Under the pieces are notes generated by a model. It had not been told where the DNA came from, searched no databases, and saw nothing but the letters and a program-made list of their open reading frames with translations. The translations under genes and the position numbers were made by a program. A stretch of DNA of 38,616 nt from a virus (taxonomy: Duplodnaviria > Caudoviricetes), in the IMG/VR virus record IMGVR_UViG_3300028588_000049, positions 1 through 38,616 of that record. One strand, written 5' to 3'. Below are positions 35,169 to 38,616 of this stretch, one piece after another; within the stretch, counting starts at the first letter, position 1, and each line of letters begins with the position of its first letter.

Positions 35169-35231
35169 GGCCCACCAGGCGTTGAAGACAAACGCCAGCG
35201 CGGCGCCGAGAGCGATCGGATCGAAAGACAT
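35154..35231 (-). CDS. Putative 25-aa single-TM peptide, antisense (not in ORF track)
   Basis: MSFDPIALGAALAFVFNAWWASRRK*; AGGG SD; extended -10 TGTTATGCT at 35280-35288 (-). Confidence 0.45.
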   Translation of the reverse strand: MSFDPIALGAALAFVFNAWWASRRK

Positions 35232-35247
35232 TTTTAGCCCTATTCAC

Positions 35248-35270
35248 AGCCCGCCTCGTGCGGGCTTTTT
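35248..35270 (+). terminator. Intrinsic terminator after ejection genes
   Basis: AGCCCGC-N5-GCGGGCT then TTTT. Confidence 0.72.
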
Positions 35271-35287
35271 GTTACCTGGAGCATAAC

Positions 35288-36412
35288 ATGCCAGTACCAT
35301 CAAGCATTACCGACCTTAGCCGCATCCCATCGGACAACAGCCCGCAAGGCACCGAGGCGGCTAGAGGCACGATCGACGACTATTTCCGTGCGCACGCGGC
35401 GTTCATTCGCCAGGTGTCCGACTTGGTCGGCGGCCCGACCGTCGTTCTGCCGTCGGCTGCCATGGTCAACATCGGCTTTTCCTCATCGTCCAACGTCCTG
35501 ATCACAGGCACCACGGCAATAACGTCGTTCGACAACGTGCCCGATGGCGTCGTGCGCTGGGTGACGTTCAACGGTGCGCTGGCACTGGTGCACAGCAACG
35601 CGCTGCAGCTCCCGGGCCTGGCCAACATCAGCACCGCTGCCGGCGATGCCGCGATGTTCAAGAGCCTGGGTGGCGGCAACTGGAAGTGCCTGAGCTTCAT
35701 GCCTGTGCTGATCCGGTATCCAGCCTCGGGTCTGCTGCTGTCCGACGCCTCGCCGGTCAGCATTGCCCAGGGCGGCACGGCGTCGATCAACATCGCTGGC
35801 GCCCGCGCGAATCTCGGCCTAGGCAATGTCAACAATACCAGCGACGCGGATAAACCAATCTCCACTGCACAGAATGCGGCTATCGCGGGGAAAGTGTCCA
35901 AGGCGGGCGACGTCATGACTGGCTCGCTCGACTTCAACAACAACGTCGGCTTGTACTCTCGCGATGCCGGCAACGTGCTCCGTCAGCTACTGCTGCTGGC
36001 AAACGACAACAACGTCTATTTCACCAACGGTGGAGGTGGATCGATCAATTACATGAGCCGCGGCGGCTCGAAAATCGCAGGACTCACCGACGCTGGCGCC
36101 TTTACGGCAACTAGCGTCACCGAGACGTCGGACGAGCGCAAGAAGAAGGCGTGGCAGCGCGTGCCGCATGACCTGATCGAGCGCCTGGCCGGAATACGGA
36201 AGTCTGGCCTCTTCACCTGGAAGCGCGGCGGTGCGCGCGGCCTGGGCGTGGGCGCGCAGTCGCTCGAGCAAATCCTGCCGGACGCAGTGCACACCGACGA
36301 GCGCGGCGCCAAGTCGGTGCAGTACGGCGCAGCCTCGATGGTAGTCGTCGTCGAGTTGGCGCGCGCCGTGGTCGACCTGCGCGCGCGCCTGGTCGAGCTG
36401 GAGGCGCGATGA
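35288..36412 (+). CDS. Tail fibre with C-terminal peptidase S74 intramolecular chaperone
   Basis: GGAG SD before ATG 35288; LGLGNVNNTSDADKPISTAQ shaft motif; TSDERKK (Ser-Lys), GVGAQ.LEQILPDAV, SVQYG, terminal coil. Confidence 0.88.
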   Translation: MPVPSSITDLSRIPSDNSPQGTEAARGTIDDYFRAHAAFIRQVSDLVGGPTVVLPSAAMVNIGFSSSSNVLITGTTAITSFDNVPDGVVRWVTFNGALALVHSNALQLPGLANISTAAGDAAMFKSLGGGNWKCLSFMPVLIRYPASGLLLSDASPVSIAQGGTASINIAGARANLGLGNVNNTSDADKPISTAQNAAIAGKVSKAGDVMTGSLDFNNNVGLYSRDAGNVLRQLLLLANDNNVYFTNGGGGSINYMSRGGSKIAGLTDAGAFTATSVTETSDERKKKAWQRVPHDLIERLAGIRKSGLFTWKRGGARGLGVGAQSLEQILPDAVHTDERGAKSVQYGAASMVVVVELARAVVDLRARLVELEAR

Positions 36413-36885
36413 CGCTACCGACCTCGGGCCCGATCAGCATCGGCATGGTGGCCGCCGAACTGGGCATCGGTCTACCACTCTCCCTTGGTGATCCTCGTGT
36501 GCGCGCACTGGCCGGCGTGCCTTCGGGCCCAATCAGCCTGGGCCAGCTACGCGGAAAAAGCGCCGTCGCGCCGCTGACGGTGACGGCGGCAAACTCGTAC
36601 GGCAGCGCAGATACGCAGTTCGGCCCCGGCTTGGTCAGCTGCAACCCAGGCGTCAGCATCGCTGGCGGCACCGATCCGAAGACATTCGCATGGTCGATTT
36701 TGAGCAACCCACGCCCCGTAACCGTCAACCTCAGCAGCGGCCCAGCTGTAACAGCGCAGTTCGCTTATACCAAAAACGCGGCAGGCTCTGCCGAAGTGAT
36801 GTTGCGTTGCACTGTCACCGATGGAGCAGGAACGCAGCGCAGCGTCGACGTGATTGGCGCGCTCGAATGGGGCGGCAACCTGTAG
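36409..36885 (+). CDS. Tail-fibre tip adhesin / receptor-binding protein candidate
   Basis: MTLPTSGPISIGMVAAELG...SGPISLGQLRGKS attachment domain followed by an Ig-like beta domain; coupled to S74 fibre. Confidence 0.7.
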   Translation: MTLPTSGPISIGMVAAELGIGLPLSLGDPRVRALAGVPSGPISLGQLRGKSAVAPLTVTAANSYGSADTQFGPGLVSCNPGVSIAGGTDPKTFAWSILSNPRPVTVNLSSGPAVTAQFAYTKNAAGSAEVMLRCTVTDGAGTQRSVDVIGALEWGGNL

Positions 36886-36902
36886 CGCCCACAGCACCAC
36901 AC

Positions 36903-36925
36903 AACCGCCTTCGGGCGGTTTTTTT
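36903..36925 (+). terminator. Intrinsic terminator
   Basis: AACCGCC-TTCG-GGCGGTT plus T-tract. Confidence 0.82.
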
Positions 36926-36958
36926 ATGGCCGATCGGCCAACAATCGAAAGGAAACTC

Positions 36959-37318
36959 ATGTTTGAAAAACCTCCACATCAACCCCTGCCCGTCGGTGAA
37001 TGGGCCAGCGCCATTACCTGGGGCTGGATCGTGTTTCTGTCCATCCTGGGTGGCCTCGCCGCCTTTGTCCGGAAGATGCGCGACCAGCAGGCCCGTGCCT
37101 GGAACTTGGCCGAGCTTATTGGCGAGATCGTGATCTCCGGCTTGGCCGGCGTGATCGTTGCCCACCTCTGCCAGTGGCAGCAATTTCCGGAACCTCTGAT
37201 GTATGCGCTGACCGGCATCGGTGCGCACATGGGCAGCCGTGCGCTATTCAAATTGGAAGGGCTACTCGACGCTAAGTTCCCTGCCGCAATCAAGGAGCCG
37301 ACTGATGAAAGCCACTGA
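36959..37318 (+). CDS. Holin (LydA-like, three hydrophobic segments)
   Basis: AAGGA SD; LGGLAAF, ELIGEIVISGLAG, GIGAHMGSRAL; overlaps endolysin start. Confidence 0.86.
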   Translation: MFEKPPHQPLPVGEWASAITWGWIVFLSILGGLAAFVRKMRDQQARAWNLAELIGEIVISGLAGVIVAHLCQWQQFPEPLMYALTGIGAHMGSRALFKLEGLLDAKFPAAIKEPTDESH

Positions 37319-37757
37319 AATGAAAACGTCAGGCGCCGGTCGCGCGCTGATTCGTAAATTCGAGGGCTTCCGCAAGCAAGCCTACCTCTGCCCTGCCGGC
37401 GTCTGGACGATTGGCTACGGCCACACCAGGGGCGTCAAGAAGGGCGATACCTGCACTGTGCAACAGGCTGATGTGTGGCTCACCGAAGACCTCGAGGACG
37501 CCGAGGCAGCAGTGGCCATGCTAGTTAAGTCGCCACTGACACAAGGCCAGTTCGACGCCCTTGCTTCGTTCACGTTCAACCTGGGCACGCGCCGCCTCGC
37601 TGAATCGACGCTGCTGATCCTGGTGAACAGGGGCAGCTACCGCGCCGCCGCGGCGCAGCTGGGGCGCTGGGTCAATGCCGGTGGCCAGAAGCTTAAGGGC
37701 CTGGTTGACCGGCGCGCTGCAGAAACCGAGATGTTCCTCGCCGGCGTGCCGGCATGA
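37305..37757 (+). CDS. Endolysin, GH24 lysozyme
   Basis: FEGFRKQAYLCPAGVWTIGYGHT, QGQFDALASFTFNLG, GLVDRRAAE; AAGGAG SD. Confidence 0.95.
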   Translation: MKATEMKTSGAGRALIRKFEGFRKQAYLCPAGVWTIGYGHTRGVKKGDTCTVQQADVWLTEDLEDAEAAVAMLVKSPLTQGQFDALASFTFNLGTRRLAESTLLILVNRGSYRAAAAQLGRWVNAGGQKLKGLVDRRAAETEMFLAGVPA

Positions 37758-37783
37758 ATTACCGAAAAACGAAAGGATGACCC

Positions 37784-38197
37784 ATGGCACTTGCTGCTTT
37801 TATCCCCCTCCTCGGCACCCTGTTCGATCGCATCCTGCCCGACCCACAAGCTGCTGCTGATGCCAAGATCAAGGTCATGGAAATGGCCCAGCGCGGCGAG
37901 CTCGCCCAACTGGATGCCGATCTGAAGATGGCCACCGGCCAGATCGAAGTCAACCGCGTCGAAGCCGCGCACCAGTCGCTGTTCGTTGCTGGCTGGCGCC
38001 CCGCGATTGGCTGGGTGTGTGGTGCGGCTTTCGCCTTCAAGTTCGTTGTCGGTCCGTCTGCGGTCATTCTGATGGCAATGGCGGGGCATCCGATCGTGCT
38101 GCCAGAGTTCGACTTCAGCGAAATGAGCACCATTCTGCTCGGGATGCTCGGCCTGGGCGGTCTGCGCACGGTGGAGAAAATCAAGAGGGTCGCATGA
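37784..38197 (+). CDS. Holin-of-3TMs (GTA_holin_3TM-like) membrane protein
   Basis: DRILPDP, QIEVNRVEAAH.SLFVAGWRPAIGWVCG, GMLGLGGLRTVEK. Confidence 0.85.
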   Translation: MALAAFIPLLGTLFDRILPDPQAAADAKIKVMEMAQRGELAQLDADLKMATGQIEVNRVEAAHQSLFVAGWRPAIGWVCGAAFAFKFVVGPSAVILMAMAGHPIVLPEFDFSEMSTILLGMLGLGGLRTVEKIKRVA

Positions 38198-38373
38198 TGC
38201 AATTCGACATCAATACCATTACGCCCGGCGGCGGTGGCCACGTCCTGACCGTTCACCAGGAGCACAAGGACCGGCTGCCCCAACTAGTCGTCATCGCGGG
38301 GGAGGCATGTCACTCGCATGCGATTGAGGCGATGATGGAGCGGCTAATGGGTGAGTCGCTGGAAATTACATAA
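38194..38373 (+). CDS. Small hypothetical protein, last prophage gene
   Basis: 59 aa, GAGG SD, ATGA overlap with upstream stop. Confidence 0.5.
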   Translation: MMQFDINTITPGGGGHVLTVHQEHKDRLPQLVVIAGEACHSHAIEAMMERLMGESLEIT

Positions 38374-38382
38374 ACGATGGTG

Positions 38383-38462
38383 TAAGTCCTTGATAAAAGC
38401 CATGAAAAGGTGCCAGATTGTTGGTGTTTCAAAAGGCCTATACGCGCCCTAACACACTGATT
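38383..38462 (-). promoter_or_regulatory. IHF-consensus sites in the att arm
   Basis: TATCAAGGACTTA (38383-38395, -) matches WATCAANNNNTTR exactly; AATCAGTGTGTTA (38450-38462, -) has one mismatch. Confidence 0.6.
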
Positions 38463-38490
38463 TAAAAGAGCATTCCATCATTTCGAAACA

Positions 38491-38504
38491 TGTTTCAGAT
38501 GTAA
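38491..38504 (+). repeat. attR core candidate TGTTTCAGATGTAA
   Basis: 13/14 match to 345-358, at the end of an AT-rich arm carrying IHF sites. Confidence 0.7.
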
Positions 38505-38581
38505 TAACTTGCTTCAAGCTTCGCGTCACCGATCCCGGATTGCTATATTCCGCTTATCCGCTTACGGATCTGGAGACGACC

Positions 38582-38616
38582 ATGAAATCCCCGCTTATTC
38601 TTGCAGCCCTGATCGC
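38582..38616 (+). CDS. Host gene start (partial), signal-peptide-like
   Basis: GGAG SD, MKSPLILAALI..., runs off the window end. Confidence 0.55.
   Translation, partial: MKSPLILAALI

Larger units (their letters stand above)
345..38504. mobile_element. Temperate prophage, lambdoid control region with podovirus (P22/SU10-like) virion module, apparently complete
   Basis: int/xis at left end, cI/cro switch, replication, Q, terminase-portal-scaffold-capsid-nozzle-ejection-fibre-lysis order, flanking direct repeat; no tape measure or tail tube gene. Confidence 0.95.

Noticed and set aside
35288-36885. Diversity-generating retroelement or invertible tail-fibre switch
   Set aside because: No reverse transcriptase, invertase or duplicated template/variable repeat seen

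Overview
The window holds what looks like one complete, intact temperate prophage (about 345-38504) in a high-GC host. The host is probably a betaproteobacterium of the Massilia/Oxalobacteraceae type; this is inferred from gene style only. Short host flanks lie on both sides, and the prophage is bounded by a near-identical 14-bp direct repeat (TGTGTCAGATGTAA / TGTTTCAGATGTAA). The left arm (- strand) carries int, xis, an orphan DndC-like PAPS-reductase-family enzyme, a KTSC protein, a YqaJ exonuclease and RecT. The immunity region has cI/cro, five TTTAG-N6-CTAAA-type operators, PL/PR/PRM promoters and four cargo genes downstream of cI, including dinD. The right arm carries a DUF1376 replication protein, a DUF2829 (Tad2-like) fusion, RusA, a Q-like antiterminator, a HEPN gene and a late promoter. 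These are followed by a podovirus (P22/SU10-like) virion module with an inserted SGNH esterase protein, four ejection proteins, an S74 tail fibre with adhesin, and a holin-endolysin-holin cassette with no visible spanin. The most interesting candidates are the stand-alone DndC-like enzyme (possible phage DNA backbone modification), the Tad2-like fusion, the HEPN moron, the cI-linked cargo with DinD, and four antisense morons each with an extended -10 promoter. Family assignments come from motif recognition by eye; no database searches were run.
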